A stretch of 63,989 nucleotides of DNA, filler included, from Basidioascus undulatus (GCA_000826855.1; 3 parts of 3 records of this genome joined end to end with filler, not necessarily neighbours in it), one strand, 5' to 3'. Positions 1-13,251 are shown, counted from the first letter of the whole stretch. Notes: generated from the sequence alone by a model not told the origin. Program-made: numbers and translations.

Positions 1-1074
1 ACTTCTACTCGCTCCTCGACTTGCATCGCACATACCACTCCCCCGCGCGCCTCCACCTGCCGCCGACGCGGGTCCCGCCCCGCGTCAGCGCGCAGATCCT
101 GTCCTCGCTCCGCACGCGGCTTCTCGCCTCCCTCACGCTCCTCATCGACGCCTCCCTCCGCACCACCCCGCCGCAGCTCGACCGCGCGCTCTCCCTCCTC
201 TCCTCCGCGCTCCTCAACCCCCCTCCACCGCTCTTCAACGCGCGCCAAGCCCGCGCGCTGGCCCACCTCCTCCAGCGCTTGCTCGACGCCGTCCTGCGCA
301 CACAGCGTTGGTCCAGCCCCGCCGGCCTCCAGCGCCTGCTCGTCCTCCTCCGACACACGCTCTCTTCCTCCGCCGCTTCCCTCCCCGAACGCTACGTGCG
401 GCAGCACGCGTTTCAGCCCATCCTGCACGACCCGCGCCGCCGCGTCGAGGCTCTCTTCGTCGCCCTGCGGCGCGGCGAGGAGCCCGCGATGGCACTCGAA
501 CTCGTCCTCGCCACGTTGGCGGACTTTGGCGAGCCCCTGCCCGCGCGTAGGGTCGTGTGGGAGGTCGAGGAAGCTAGGGTGGAGGATGCCGAGGGCGTGA
601 GAGCGCTCGTGGAGGAGTGGGCGAAGGGCGAGTGGAAGGAGCGGGACTTGGCATTGGGGAACGACAGGGGAATGAGGTGCGTTGGGCTGCACCGCCTTCT
701 TCCACTTCCTTTCGACGGTTGCTTACCATCTCCTTCGCTCTCACAGCGTCCCAGACCTCTACGTCCACCCCTTCCTTCGACCCTCCGATACCGAGCGCAT
801 CCCGCGCTGGCTTGCGCCGCTCAACGTGCAACCTGATCCTCCACCCGCGCCGCCAGCGTCCGATGCGCCCGCTCCAGATCCCGCTTCCCCTTCCGCTCCC
901 TCGCTGCTGGAGATCGCGCCATCTTCATCGGTCTTTGCGGACCTGCCGCGGGAAGTGCCGCCTTTAGGAACGCCGACCTGCAGGCGACCGGAGGCATGGT
1001 CGGAGCTGGATCCTGGGCTGGACGAGGATGTGGATGGGTACAGTGGAACGCTGGCCATGGATGGGAAAAGTTGA
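1..1074 (+). CDS. 3' part of an uncharacterised protein (Leu/Arg-rich helical region, Pro-rich tail); start lies outside the window
   Basis: Open frame from the window edge to ~677, GT..AG intron ~678-746, last exon VPDLYVHPFLRP...MDGKS* ending at 1074. No family recognised. Confidence 0.55.
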
Positions 1075-1490
1075 TGAAGCAGTTTGAATGACATGCGGGG
1101 TGCGAGATTGCGTGGCTTGAGGAAGAGATCAAAGGGCGGTTTGGGAAACTTGGGAACAGACGGCACCGTCACTTGGGGGAAGGGTCGCTCGCATTTCATC
1201 GTCCCAGCCACTCGCAATAATTGCATGCGCTAACACGTAGACACGCATAGGAGCACATTCACTGTAGACACGCATCGGAGCACATTTCATTGAAAAAGTC
1301 AAGTCACTTCAGGACGACAGAGGAAAGCCCAGCATATGAAATTATACAACAACAAAGTAATCACAAGCAATTCGTTCGCAAGCAATTCGTTCGCAAGAGG
1401 CGTGCGTACCCCCGAAGTTTCAACCCGAACAAAGATGGCAGCCACTCGTGACCCCTCGTTCTGCACTGCGCTGCGCGGGCCGGTATCACA

Positions 1491-3548
1491 TCATTCCTCG
1501 ACGTCGTGGAACTGTGTTCGCAGCTCGATCGTCAGCATGCGCACTGGAAAAGCACAGAAAGTACGTCAGGCTTCACCGCGAGGTGGGTCTCGTAGAACTC
1601 GATGAGCTGGAGAACGTCGGGTCAGACCGCGTGCGGGAAGGAGGCACCGCACCAACGGGATGAGGAGAGACGTACCTTGAGCGGCGCCCGCTTCTGCAGG
1701 TCCGCCGTGTGGTGGAGCTCGCGCGTGCCATCACGGCTGTGTGAGTCCCCTCAGATGTCAGCTTTTCCTATGGCAGCAGGCGAGCGAAGGGGGAAAGGGG
1801 AAGACGAACAAGAGGATGTGCGCGGCGAGCTGGCCGTCTTCGTGTCGCCTCGAGACGGTGACGACCTTTTCGACGACCTCCGACCAGTCCGGGATGTCGT
1901 TGAATTTGCTGCCCGTGCCCTCACAGACCAATCAGCTACCACTCCGATCGAGAGCCCGGCATGGTTCGTGGACGCACCTGACCCCGATCGGCGGGTCCTC
2001 AGCATCCAGATCCATCTCCGTCTCCGCCTCGGCGGGCGCGCCGTCCGCCTGCGCGTTCCCGTTGAGCTCGACGTGGTCCACGCCCTCCTGCTCCACCTCG
2101 CCGTCCGCCTGCGCCTCGTCCTCGATCTGCGCGAGCGCGCCCTTCTTCGCCGCGGCCGACCTGCGCGGCTTGGGCTTGGGCTTGGGCTTGGGCTTGGGCT
2201 TGGGCGCAGGCGTCGCCTCCTCCTCCTCCTCCTCCTCGATGTCCACAGGGGAAGAGGGCTGCTTTTGTTTTCGGGTGAACGGTCAGATCACTGGATCATG
2301 GGAGTGGGAAGCCAGAGAGACGCTGCGCACCTGCTTCTTGGAATTTGCGCCGCTGCGGCGCGAACGAGACGAGGGCGCGGCTTCTTCTTCGAAGTCATCG
2401 TCCTTGACCGAGGGAGTCTCAGCCTTCCTCCGCTTGCCGGACCTGCTTGAGGGGACCGCCGGCGGCGCCTCCTCCTCTTCCTCCTCCTCCGACGCCTTCC
2501 CGCCCACGCGTCGTCAACCTCCGGTCACCGCGGAACATACCCTCAGGGTGAGCGCGAGAAAGAAAGGCATACCTTGCGCTTGCCGACGGTGCCTGTGGAC
2601 TTGCGGCGGCTAGTGGAGGACTCGGTCGACTTGCGGCCCTTCACTTTGGCGTACTTGTTCTGCTGCTTCTTCTTGGGGTGCTTGCGCCAGTACTCGTCCA
2701 GAAGGTCCTTCGCGTTCCTGAGCGGAAGAAGAAATGGATCGGTTAGTAGACTCTCCGCTGGCGCATGGAACTAGAAATTGGAACCAACGCCGCGTCCTCC
2801 TCGAGCACCCAGGAGTTGTGTTCCTCTTCATAACCCTGCAAACATGCGCAACGCGCGTCAGGTATTGAGGTCTCCAGAAAGCAGGTAAGTTAGGACACGA
2901 CCTTCCACTTGACCAGGTATGCGTGTTGAGGCTGTGGGAGCACGGAGTGAGCGTGGACCTCGCGGACGCGTCAGGGAGAAGACGAACCGGATCGCTTTCG
3001 AGGACGCCGAATTCAGCTTTAAGTATGCGCGTCAGCACCCTGTCACCTCTTCAATTGGAGGATATATTGGCATGCCTTGGAGGATTTCCTACGACAGTGC
3101 AATAGATGGGGGTCGGTTAGCGAATGACGCGTCGAGGACGCGTCTGCGGCTTACCTCAATCTCAAATTCCTCGTCATCCTCGTCTTCGTCGCCCTCCTCT
3201 TCCTCCTGACCAGCCCAAGATTCAGGAAAACGTCAGCCACCGATTCCAGGATCCCACTTCCTTCCAGGATCCCACTTCCGCTGCCGGCTGCGTGACCCTC
3301 AGTGAGGCCACGACCCGCAACGCTCGCGCGAAGTTCGGTGGGGACGCAGGTGCCGCCAGGCTCCGCCTGCTTACCTCGCCGTCATCCTTCTGCGGCGCGA
3401 CGTCCTCGTCCGCCTTGGACTTCCTGCCGCGGTTCGCCTGCGTCTTGCGCTTGGCGGCGCTCGTGGACGCGTCCTCGGACGCGTCCTCGCTGTCGGACAC
3501 GATCTGAGCCCGGCCGCGGTGGCTACTGGTAATAGCTGCGCGCGGCAT
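1491..3548 (-). CDS. HP1/Swi6-like heterochromatin protein (chromo plus chromoshadow domain)
   Basis: Spliced translation gives an acidic N-terminus, chromodomain EFEIEEIL...YLVKWKGYEEEHNSWVLEED...LLDEYW, a charged hinge, and chromoshadow-like DWSEVVEKVVTV...RAPLKLIEFYETHL. ATG at 3548, TGA at 1491. Confidence 0.85.
2168..2205. repeat. (GGGCTT)n hexamer microsatellite encoding PKPKPKPK in the HP1 hinge
   Basis: About 6 tandem GGGCTT units seen directly. Confidence 0.85.
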
Positions 3549-3845
3549 ATTGGGCAAATGCCTGGAATGCGTGAAATCGGTGGGCGAGGCTTCGGCGGAG
3601 GGAAAGGGAAGACATGGCGCCGTCTCACTCCCGCCTAAGTCGCGACGACCGACGTTACGGGCAACGCCTTGGTCCCTGGCAAAATCGCTTCACTGCCTTC
3701 CTGCCTTCTCCCTTCGCCCCTCACTCACATCCCTCATCTATCGTGTTCTCTCTCTTGCTTCCATCCTATATTTTCCACACAAACCATCAGGTGAGTTTCA
3801 TTGCAATCTTCGGTTCCATATTCGCGAGAGCGCAGGCAAGGCGAT

Positions 3846-4015
3846 GTACAAGATGAACTCTTTAGATGACGAGTCTGAACGGCTCGCATCACCTTCGTCC
3901 CCGCGGTCAGGTCTGCCGCGTTTTGCGGTGGGCCAGGCTAGGGGGCGCGGGGCGCTCTGCGTCCGGTCCTTTGACGAGACCAATCACCCTATTACATTCA
4001 TGCAATTTCTGATCC
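3846..4015 (+). ncRNA. snR75: Box C/D snoRNA, snR75 homologue (guide for the LSU rRNA Gm2288-equivalent), intronic
   Basis: Box C-like AAGATGA 3850-3856; guide TTAGATGACGAG 3862-3873, complementary to conserved LSU rRNA CUCGUCAUCUAA; D' CTGA 3875-3878; C'-like TTGACGA 3971-3977; second antisense CATTCATGC 3995-4003 (LSU GCAUGAAUG); D CTGA 4009-4012; 11-bp flanking stem GCAAGGCGATG (3836-3846)/CATCGCCTTGC (4016-4026). Confidence 0.88.
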
Positions 4016-4099
4016 CATCGCCTTGCGCTCGACGCTCGTATCTACCCAAACACATGGGAGGACTTGGACGCTGACCAGTCTTTGTTCTTTCGGTTGTAG

Positions 4100-5868
4100 A
4101 TGTCCTTCGACGACGCATCTTCATCCTCCGGCTCGACCATCTCTGAAGGCCCTGACCGCGAGACGGACGTGCAACTGGGCCTTCCCGATGGCGGCCCCGT
4201 CGCGTCCGACGACGAGCGGGACGTTGAAGTGTCGCGCGTCGGTGGTCTTCCCGTGTGTCCTTTCCTTGCTGTGGAGGAAGGTGGTTGGAAACTCAAATCA
4301 CGTTCACCCATCCAGTCTTTCCCTGCTCTCAGCTCTGCCCCATCTCCCTCAACCGCGACCTGCACCAACTGCTCAGAGCCCATGGAGCTCCTGACGCAGC
4401 TCTTCTCCCCCTTCCCCGACTCTCCCAACGATCGTGTCCTGTACGTCTGGGGATGCGCCCGCAACGGGTGCCAGCACAAGCCGGGATCCGTCCGCGCATG
4501 GCGCGTCCTGTCTCGCAACGAGCGCTGGGCGCGCAAGCTCGAGCGCCGGCGCGCGCGGGATGCGGCCAAGGCGGCGGAGGCGAAGGCCCGGGCGGAGAAG
4601 GATGAAGCGGTGAAGGCTGTCAACCCCTTCGCTGTACGTCGCTTCGTCGACTGGTGTAGCTCGTATCTAGTGCCTGATGAATCGTTTGCTTCCCTCCCAC
4701 AAATCGTTTGTGTTCGTGTGTGCAGGCCAACCCCGGCGCTGCGAACCCCTTCGGCGCCCCCCCCGGCGGCGGTCTCGGTGCGGCTTTTGGTGCGGGAGAC
4801 AACGACGATTCGTCGGACGAGGAGGGCGCGGAGAAGGAGAAGCCTCGGGCACAGGCTGTCGACGAGGAGAGCGAGAGCGAGGAAGACGAGAGCAGCGACG
4901 AGGAAGACGAGGGCAGCGACGAGGAAGACGAGGACGAGCTGGCTGAGGAGCTTGAGAAGCTCGCCGTATCCGACGTTGGCCCTTGTCCGACCGTGCCGAG
5001 TATGTTCCCCGCCAACGTCTTTCTGTCTCGCTTTTTTCACTGAGACTCTCTTCCCGGTACAGCCTGGCCCGCCCGATCCGCCTACCCCTCTCAATACCTC
5101 AACACCGTCCCCGAAGTCCTCCCCGCCTCCGCGTCGTCCTCCAAGCTGCCCAAGAACCTCAACACCCTCCCGTCTGTCGACGAGGGCAGCGGCGCGCCCT
5201 GGGGCAAGGAGGGCTACGAGCGGCAGACGGTCAAGGGCGTCGACGACGTCTTCACCCGCTTTGCCGACCGCGTAGCCAAGGAGCCCGAGCAAGTCGTCCG
5301 GTGCGTAATCCTTCCTCTCTCCGCCCTCTTCGCGAACAAGTCCTCTTACGCTCTGTGTGCGCTCCGCAGATACGAGCTCTCCGGACAGCCCCTGCCCTAC
5401 ACCGACGCCGACCCGACCTACAAGACCCTCTTCTCGACCACGCCCGCGCCGGGCTCGCAAGTCCCCGTCTCGCGCACGGGGGGGCAGCAGACCCACCCCG
5501 CGCGGTACGACCCGTCGCGCGTGCCGCCGTGCCCAGTCTGCAAGTCGCCGCGGACATTCGAGTGCCAGCTGATGCCGAACCTGCTCAACCTCCTGCGGCC
5601 GTCCACGATCGCCGGCGACGACGCCGCCGCGGACGGGACGGGCGGGGCGGATGGCAATGCGAAGGGTGGCGTGGACGCGAAGGAGAAGCGGCGGAGGGAG
5701 CTCGAGCGCATGCTCGGGCAGGGCGGCGCGGGGAAGAGGGAGAAAACCGGCATGGAGTGGGGCACGGTGATGGTCTTCTCTTGTCTGGCGGACTGCTGCT
5801 TGGGCGCGGAGGGCGAGGGTGCGCGGGAGGCGTGGAGGGAAGAGCAGGTGTATGTTCAGTGGGACTGA
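4100..5868 (+). CDS. TSR4: TSR4/PDCD2-like ribosome biogenesis factor (uS5 chaperone)
   Basis: VQLG...SRVGGLP, CxxC...MELLTQLFSP...DRVLYVWGC, acidic linker, FADRVAKEPEQVVRYE, PPCPVCKSPRTFECQLMPNLL, GMEWGTVMVFSC...EEQVYVQWD (PDCD2_C). A 5'-UTR intron 3791-4099 ends immediately before the ATG. Confidence 0.9.
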
Positions 5869-5981
5869 GCTGTCGCCTTGTTTCATTGCTTTGCTTCGCA
5901 TGCTTCCGTTTCATACCTATTGGGCTTTCTTTGCTGCTTACTCCAAGTCTGCACACTTGCCGCCTGACAACCGCACCGTGT

Positions 5982-7013
5982 TTATCGCACCGGTTCGGCC
6001 CTCCGCACAAGCTCCTCAACGTCCAAGTCCTCCCACCACTGCCCATCCACCTCGTCCCCCGCCGCACCCTTCACTGCAACAGCAACCAGGTACCCCTCCA
6101 GCTCTCTCCTCCAAAAGTGCCATTCGGCGCCTTCCTCGTCATCCAGCGGCACATGCCTCCCGTCCACCTCCAGCCGAAGCGGGTCGAACGCGAACGACAC
6201 GCGCGAAAAGTCGAATCCGAGCCCGAGCCCGAGCGCCTTCGTGTACGCCTCTTTGAGCGTCCACAGCGTGAGGAGGCGGTGCAACTGCTGCGAGGCTGGG
6301 AGGCCGAAGAGGGACGTGCGCTCGGCGGAGGAGAGCTGTGGGTCGGGGGCGTAAGCGAGAACGGGCCGAGGGGAAAGGGGGTGGTGGGTGGGAGGCGGAC
6401 CTGCTCGGAGAAGGCGGAGAGGAACTTGGAGACCGAGGTATCCCGCGGGAGGGTGAGACGCGTCACGTCGATCCCAACGCGCGCTGAGGGGTTGATTGTG
6501 TGCGTGAGGAGGATGTGTGCCCCGTCGTGGGTGATGTTGAAGTCGAGGGGAGAAGGCAGAGGCGGGGCGGACTGTCAGGCCAAGCGCGAGAGGCGTCAGC
6601 AGGTGAGTAGCAGTAATGCCCTGAGTAGAGAGCCTGAGCGAGCGCACGACATAGGGACGCCCCTCCGGTGTGGCTGAGAGCGAGGCTTCTCGCCAGGGGA
6701 CGCTGAACTCGCGAGCGAGCAGGTACCGGGGGAGGAGTCGGCCAATCAAGCAACCTGCCCATGTCCCATGTGTCAATGTCAGCAGCAGCTTTGATAATCA
6801 TCTTCATTTTGAAAGGTACGTTTCGCATCCTCAGGGAAGTAGAACTTGCGGACACGCTCCTCCGAAGCGAGGTCAACGCACGAAAGAAGTCGATCGAAGA
6901 CCTGGCGGAGCACGGTTGGGGTCAGTCTTCGAGTACATGCTGTTAGTTTTTGGTTATTTGAGGACCTCTTTGGACGGGTTCCACGAGGATATGTTGACAG
7001 CGAGGACTCGCAT
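5982..7013 (-). CDS. Sfp-type 4'-phosphopantetheinyl transferase (Lys5/PptA-like)
   Basis: GRLLPRYLL...TPEGRPY, FNITHDG, VGIDV and WTLKEAYTKALGLGL motifs; ATG at 7013 (MRVLAVNISSWNP). Confidence 0.9.
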
Positions 7014-8018
7014 CAAAATACAGGTTAGTACGGAAGCAAGAGGGGTCAAGGTCGTTGTGGTCGAAATGCAAGAGGCGCTTCGGCTCGAACGCTCAATATA
7101 CCTCTTCTGTTCCCAATCTCTGTGACAGCCGCTATTGTATGACTTCCCTGACAAACAAATATGTGTTATTAACCAATCAGTTGTTATAGTCTATCTAGCA
7201 TCTGAGCGCGAGCATGGGCGCTGTTGAGCAGATGTGGTCGTTTAAAGGCGTTCCCTTGCCGCGATTGCTCGTGTTGCGCGGGCGGGATGTTTACTCCACA
7301 GATTACTGGATAGGTTTGACAAGTGACCTAACTAATTTCTTATGTATTTGATATACCGTTGAGCCTGGCGGGAGCGTGTCTTTTGACGCTACTGCAAAAC
7401 AGTGCCCCGACTCCCGAGGGGTGCACTCATTGCGATCCGCTTTTCCAGTCTTCCCGCCTGACTGCTTGAAACAATCCCATCATGAACACATGATTAATAA
7501 ATCAAATCCACAAAACGGGCAGCAATACTTCTTATCGCTCTCCTTCCTTGATCTCACGCCGGGGACAGCTGGGGAGACCACGACCCCGGCCCAACGCATA
7601 GTTTTTTTCGACAAGTTGGAACATCAGCATTAGCACCAGTACATTCTAGTATTCTATCTAAATCTGTATCGAGCTTTACCCCGGCACTCGATGAGGTCTT
7701 TCCACGAGCTTTGTACGCATCGGGGGCGCAGCGCGACGGCGTCTCCCGCAGGTCCCGATTGCCGACTCGCCAGCTGGGTCACAATTGTAGTTTGCCGGGA
7801 CACGAGTAAGTGTTAAAAACGCAATCATGTAAAAAGAGTAGACGCGTCGACGCCCAGACGTGTCAAGCCTCGAGTAAGCTCAAGGTCTTGCCCAAGGCAC
7901 ACGCTTTCACAATCCATTGTGCTCGACATCGCCTTGCGCCCAGGACTTTGTGCGGAGGACTCGTCGCAGTTACCCTTCAGATCTCTTGGTCCATCGCTTC
8001 CTCCAGCACATATCCAAC

Positions 8019-8793
8019 ATGCACCAACCAGGCCCACCGAACACGAGCGTCCCGCACAAGGCGCCTCCGATGATGATTCCGCGGCACAATGTACTGCACC
8101 CCAAAGATAAGCGCCCGCATGATGAAGATGCTGTAAGTGAACGTGATGACCGTGTCCTTATTATTGTTCTTATCTGTACTTCGATCAGGTTCCCGACGTT
8201 GAGCCAGGACCGGTGGATCCCGATGAGCGCGATATTCAAAAGACCGTGAGTTCCTGCCTTCCACCGTGCATCGTCGTCCGCTGTATGACCCAGAAGGCCG
8301 AAAAGCGACGAGCTGAGTCCTGGATCCACAGGAAGCAGCTCTAGCAGAGCCCGATCTTCCCCCTCAAGAGAAGTACAGCGATGGTGCCGACATCAACTGG
8401 CGTGGCCTCAACTCGTATCAGGACGAAGCCGAATTCGGTATCAAGGTCCGTTTCTCTCCGCGCTCTGGCATGCCAGCGGAATGCCGTCCTCGCCCTATAG
8501 TTCTGAAGCACCTTCGATCCCTCTTGTGTTCATAGATGGTGCCCCGCCCCGAGGATGTGATAGAGTACGACGCTGAGCCCCAGCCGCCGCCTCCGCACGG
8601 GCTCGGACGGTCGTCCGGTGGGAAGAGCCAGGGACAGCACGTTGGTAGCGGCGCGGACGAGGTCTTCGGGCACTTCCTCAACAGGCGCGAGGTCAAGCAC
8701 CGTCATGCTGAGGTCTCGCACGGGTCGACCGACTGGAAGCACCAGACACGGCCGAACAAGCCTCCGCTTGAGTCCGAGTACGAGCAATCGTGA
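8019..8793 (+). CDS. Small hydrophilic hypothetical protein (4 exons)
   Basis: MHQPGPPNTSVPHKAPP... joined in frame through three GT-AG introns to ...PPLESEYEQS*. No family recognised. Confidence 0.6.
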
Positions 8794-9409
8794 GTAGGGC
8801 GGAGAGCCGCGGTGGTGCAGTGGACTCGGGAAGTGCGCTGTATGTTTTCGCATTGATCTGTTGCGGTTCTTGGATGAGAATCCGCATCAAAAATTGCTGA
8901 AAATATTCTGATCTTTCCTCGACAATATTGTTTAATAAGTGCGCTCGCTGGTAACGAAAAAACAGCGAAAGTGGACACTGCGTTGTGCGCTCTCGGACAC
9001 GCGTTCTCTTCCGAGCTCGGAAGCGCCCGGATGAGAGCAAGGCGGCGGGCATACGCGGCCTTGAGGCTTGATGAGGGTGTACGCAGTTCAATACACCGCT
9101 TCAACAGCAAATGGTGCATTGATAAATTGTCATCCAGGGCAAGTGAGCGCGGGAGGAGCCGGAAAGAAGACAGACATGCTTCGAGCCATTTTGACGATGT
9201 GGAGTCCCACACTCCGCACCCCGCACTGTCCCGGAACTTGGTGTCATTCACGTGAGGCACTTTCTGATCTCGAAAGCGTCCGTCGTCGTGGAGGACGCCT
9301 CCCAGCCAGATATGGGAGCCCCTCCCACACTCCTTCGCCTACAACCTCCATCATCTCATATCCACACACGCATTACAGAATACCCTCACAAGTCATTCCC
9401 GTCCCCACC

Positions 9410-12400
9410 ATGCCCGCGCCCACCATCAACCACGTACCAGAGGGCAAGACCATGGCCGCCCAGGGCTCCCTGCCCAAGTTGCCCATCCCTCCGCTCCAGG
9501 ACACCGCTCGCCGCTATCTGCGTGCTCTCGAGGGTCTTCAGGTGAGCAGCCCATATCTTGCTGTATGTGATTGAGCAGATTCATTGACGCGGGCGCCAGT
9601 CTCCCGACGAGCACGCGCACACGGAGGCTGCTGTCAAGGACTTCCTCGAGGCGGACGGGCCCAGACTGCAGAAGAAGCTGGTGGAGTACGCGGCGGACAA
9701 GGACTCTTATATCGAGGAGTTTTGGTATGAGTCGTGTGAGTAACACCCTATCTTCGCTCCTTGTCAGTTAGCCGACGCCCGTTTTTCAGATCTCTCGCAC
9801 TCGGATTCGGTCGTGCTTGCCTTGAACCCCTTGTGCGCATCTCCCCCTCATCTCACCCCCTCATCCTTCACCCCCGTACTCTGCAACGTAAATGATGCTG
9901 AATATGGAGAATTCCTCACAGCTTCATCCTCGAGGATGACCCCACACCATCGCGCAGCTCTCAGCTCCTCCGCGCGTCCAGCCTCATTATCTCTTCCCTC
10001 GGCTTCATCCACGATCTGCGCTCCGGAACCCTCGAGCCGGACAGTGTTCGCGGGACGCCGCTTGACATGTCGCAGTATAACCGCTTGTTCGGCACCGCTC
10101 GAATCCCTACCTCAGTTAGTCCATGCCAGGCCAAACTGGGAGAGCTACTCGCTGACGCAGTCTACCTCTTGCAGAGCGGCTGCAAGATGTCTACCCAGCC
10201 CGACTCGCGCCACATTATCATCGCTCGGCGAGGTCAATTCTGTACGCCCCTTGCTATACATTGCGGTGCACCTTCAAAGCGCTGACGACTGCCCATTCAG
10301 ACTGGTTCGACGTGCTCGACTCGCAGAACCGGCCCCTCTTCACCGAACGCGAGCTCGTCTTGACTCTGAACGCTATCGTGAAGGACGCGGATCGGACGCC
10401 GCCGAACCGAGTCGCGCAGAATGCCATCGGCGTGCTCACGACCGAGAACCGCAAGATCTGGTCCGGCCACCGCGACACGCTGATGGCGGACAAGAACAAC
10501 GCACGTTGTCTGAAGGTTATCGACGAGGTACGCTTTCCAAGGCCTCTTTCATTATCTTGCCAGCGGTACACTAACTGGTATAGCTTTGAAGGCCCTCTTC
10601 GTCGTCTGTCTGGACGACATGACGCCGGAAACGTCCTCCCAGCTTTGCGACAACATGCTCTGCGGAACCTACTACCTCGAGAACGGCGTGCAGACGGGTA
10701 CCTGCACCAACCGGTGGTACGACAAGGTTAGCACCTTCTTTTACGACCTTTTTCTACCAAACGCGCCCATGCTGACATGGAATTGCAACAGCTCCAAATC
10801 ATCGTTTGCGCCAACGGTGCTGCCGGCATCAACTTCGAGCATTCGGGCGTTGACGGCCACACTGTTCTTCGGTTAGACCTCCTTTTATCCACAAGCATTT
10901 GGCTGGTGTGAGCTGACTGAATCTTCTCCTTGCTCAGGTATGCCGCGGACGTCTTCACCGAGCTCGTCCTCCTCTTCGCCAAGTCCATCAATCCGTCTGC
11001 GCCGACCCTCTTCAAGGCGCCCCTATCGCCGTACGCGAAGGGTGCCAAGCGCAAGGCCGGCGACGAGACTCCGTTCGAGGAGGAGCACGACACGGCGCCG
11101 AAGAAGCTCGAGTGGACGTACGCTCCCGAGATCAAGCTCGGTATTCGGTTCGCCGAGAGCCGGCTGAGCGACTTGATCTGTCAAAACGAGGCGCACGTGC
11201 TTGAGTGAGTTCGACCTGCGCCGCTGCTGAGCGGGTTTATCAGCGTGCGATGGAGCTGAACGCGACTTCTATGAACAGGTTCGACCACTACGGGAAGGGC
11301 TTCATCACCCGCCACGGCTTCAGCCCCGATGCGTTCGTGCAGATGGCATTCCAGGCTGCGTGCGTTCCCGTACCGCTTCCACCTCCGTTGCTCAGCAGCT
11401 GACGCATCCCATATCCGCAGGTACTACAACCTGTATGGTACGGGAGACTCGGCATAATCTAACCCGAATCGTTGGCTAAAAGTCTGTTGTTGCAGGTCGC
11501 ATCGAGTGCACGTACGAGCCCGCGATGACCAAGTCTTTCCTGCACGGCCGCACCGAGGCCATCCGCACTGTGACTCCCGAAAGTGTCAACTTCGTCCAGG
11601 TCAGTAGCATTCTGCCTCTTTTCGCGTTATCGTGCGGCTCGCTGACAACCCGCCCTTTCTAGGCCTTCTGCTCCGATGTAGCCGCCGGCGAGAAGATCAA
11701 GGCGCTGCGCGAGGCCTGCAATTCACACACGAAACTCACGAAGGAGTGCGCGCAGGGTCTCGGGCACGACCGGTGAGTCCGGAATTCCCATCCAAAATCC
11801 GAGCAACAATCTAATGATGCTCGACATAGGCATCTCTACGCTCTTTACTGCATGGCGCAGCGCGAAATCGCCGAGTCCAACGGGACGGCCTCGCCCGGAA
11901 GCACTTCCAGCCAAAGCACGCCGCTGCCCCCCATCTTCACCGACCCGGGCTACGGCGTTGCCAGCACTTCGGTTCTGTCCACGAGCAACTGCGGCAACCC
12001 TGCGCTGCGCTTGTTCGGGTTCGGTCCGGTTGTTGCCGATGGTTTCGGGATCGGGTACATCATCAAGGACGACTCGATCTCCGTCGTGCGTCGTTTCCAT
12101 GTTATCGTTCATCCGAAAGCCAATAATGCTGATGATATTTCACATAACTAGTGCGCGTCGTCCAAGCACTTGCAGACGAAGCGTTTCCTTGACACGCTGC
12201 AGTCGTTCCTGCTCGAGGTCCAGCGGATGCTCATTTCGCTGCACATCGCTGCAAACAGCCGTTCCACCTTCGTCGACCACTACGGGTGAGCCTACATCTT
12301 TTCATCTAAGTTTCTTGGCACTGACGGATAGACCTTTTTCAGCCACACTATCGACGCCCGCACGGGCCGCATCGTTGACATCGGCATCAACGGCTTCTCC

Positions 12401-12632
12401 TTCGGCGACGAGGACGAGGAAGACGAGGAGGCTGTGGACACTCTGGGTGAAACTTGTGCGTTTTTAGGAGTCAATTGTACTATGCTTCGCGGGCAAGCTG
12501 ACAGTCTGAACCGTTCGGCATGCAGTGACGGGCTTTGGATTCTTCGACACCCCTACCGAGACGCTCGTTGCCCGGCGGAGGCGCGGTAGTCGTAGGATCG
12601 TCGGCAAGCCCGTGCAGATTGCCGAGTATTGA
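9410..12632 (+). CDS. Carnitine O-acetyltransferase (Yat1/FacC-like)
   Basis: LPKLPIPPLQDT, NRWYDKLQIIV...GINFEHSGVDGHTVLR (catalytic His), SPDAFVQMAFQAA, STSNCGNPALRLFGFGPVVADGFGIGY; many introns; ends QIAEY*. Confidence 0.93.
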
Positions 12633-13251
12633 GTCGGCGGCAGGGATTCGGTGGGATGAATGATTTGACTTGATGCTTGATGTACTACTACGACGCACAC
12701 GATATCCTTGAATCATAATGTTCTCGCGAACGAAAGGCGCAACCGGCGGGCAGACACGGGCGGACCAGAAACTACCTCCAGTCTGTATCGTCTGTGGGGA
12801 TGTTTCGAAATCTTTCCAGTTTGTTCCAGTTGTTTCTCAAGCAATGGACATCGACTGCCGTGAGTCCATGGAGTTGCGCGCTCTTGCGATGATGGAGCCT
12901 CGGTTGTGCTCTCCGAACTCCACGTCCCGCTGCGTCGGTCCGTCTGACCTCCCTCGGAGCACCTTCGCGGAGCGTATGATGTACTTCCACACACCATCGC
13001 CACTTTGATTTGCTTTGTTGGTCAATTAGACGCAATAATGTCTTGTAGGCCCACCAGCGATGACGATCAAGTACTGCTCCAACTCGAAGTGATGTCATGT
13101 TCGGTGCGGCTCGCAGCCCTTTTCAGCGAGCTCGCCGCCATCGCTTGCCTCTTTTCTTCTCACACATCAGCCTACTCGCACAACCATCAGAAAATCGCTC
13201 TACCAACCACGCTTACCCACCCAACTCTCTATCTCAATCACAACTTTCACC

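Noticed and set aside
1364..1397. Short perfect tandem duplications (15 bp here; 18 bp at ~3244-3279 in an HP1 intron)
   Set aside because: Simple slippage duplications with no sign of function.
4042..5901. 619-aa minus-strand ORF and similar long antisense ORFs (e.g. 39728-40615 +)
   Set aside because: Shadow ORFs from GC-rich codon bias opposite real genes (TSR4, PRKRIP1).
5982..7013. PPTase as a sign of an NRPS/PKS cluster
   Set aside because: No carrier-domain enzyme in the window, and terpene synthases do not need it; probably the housekeeping Lys5/PptA.
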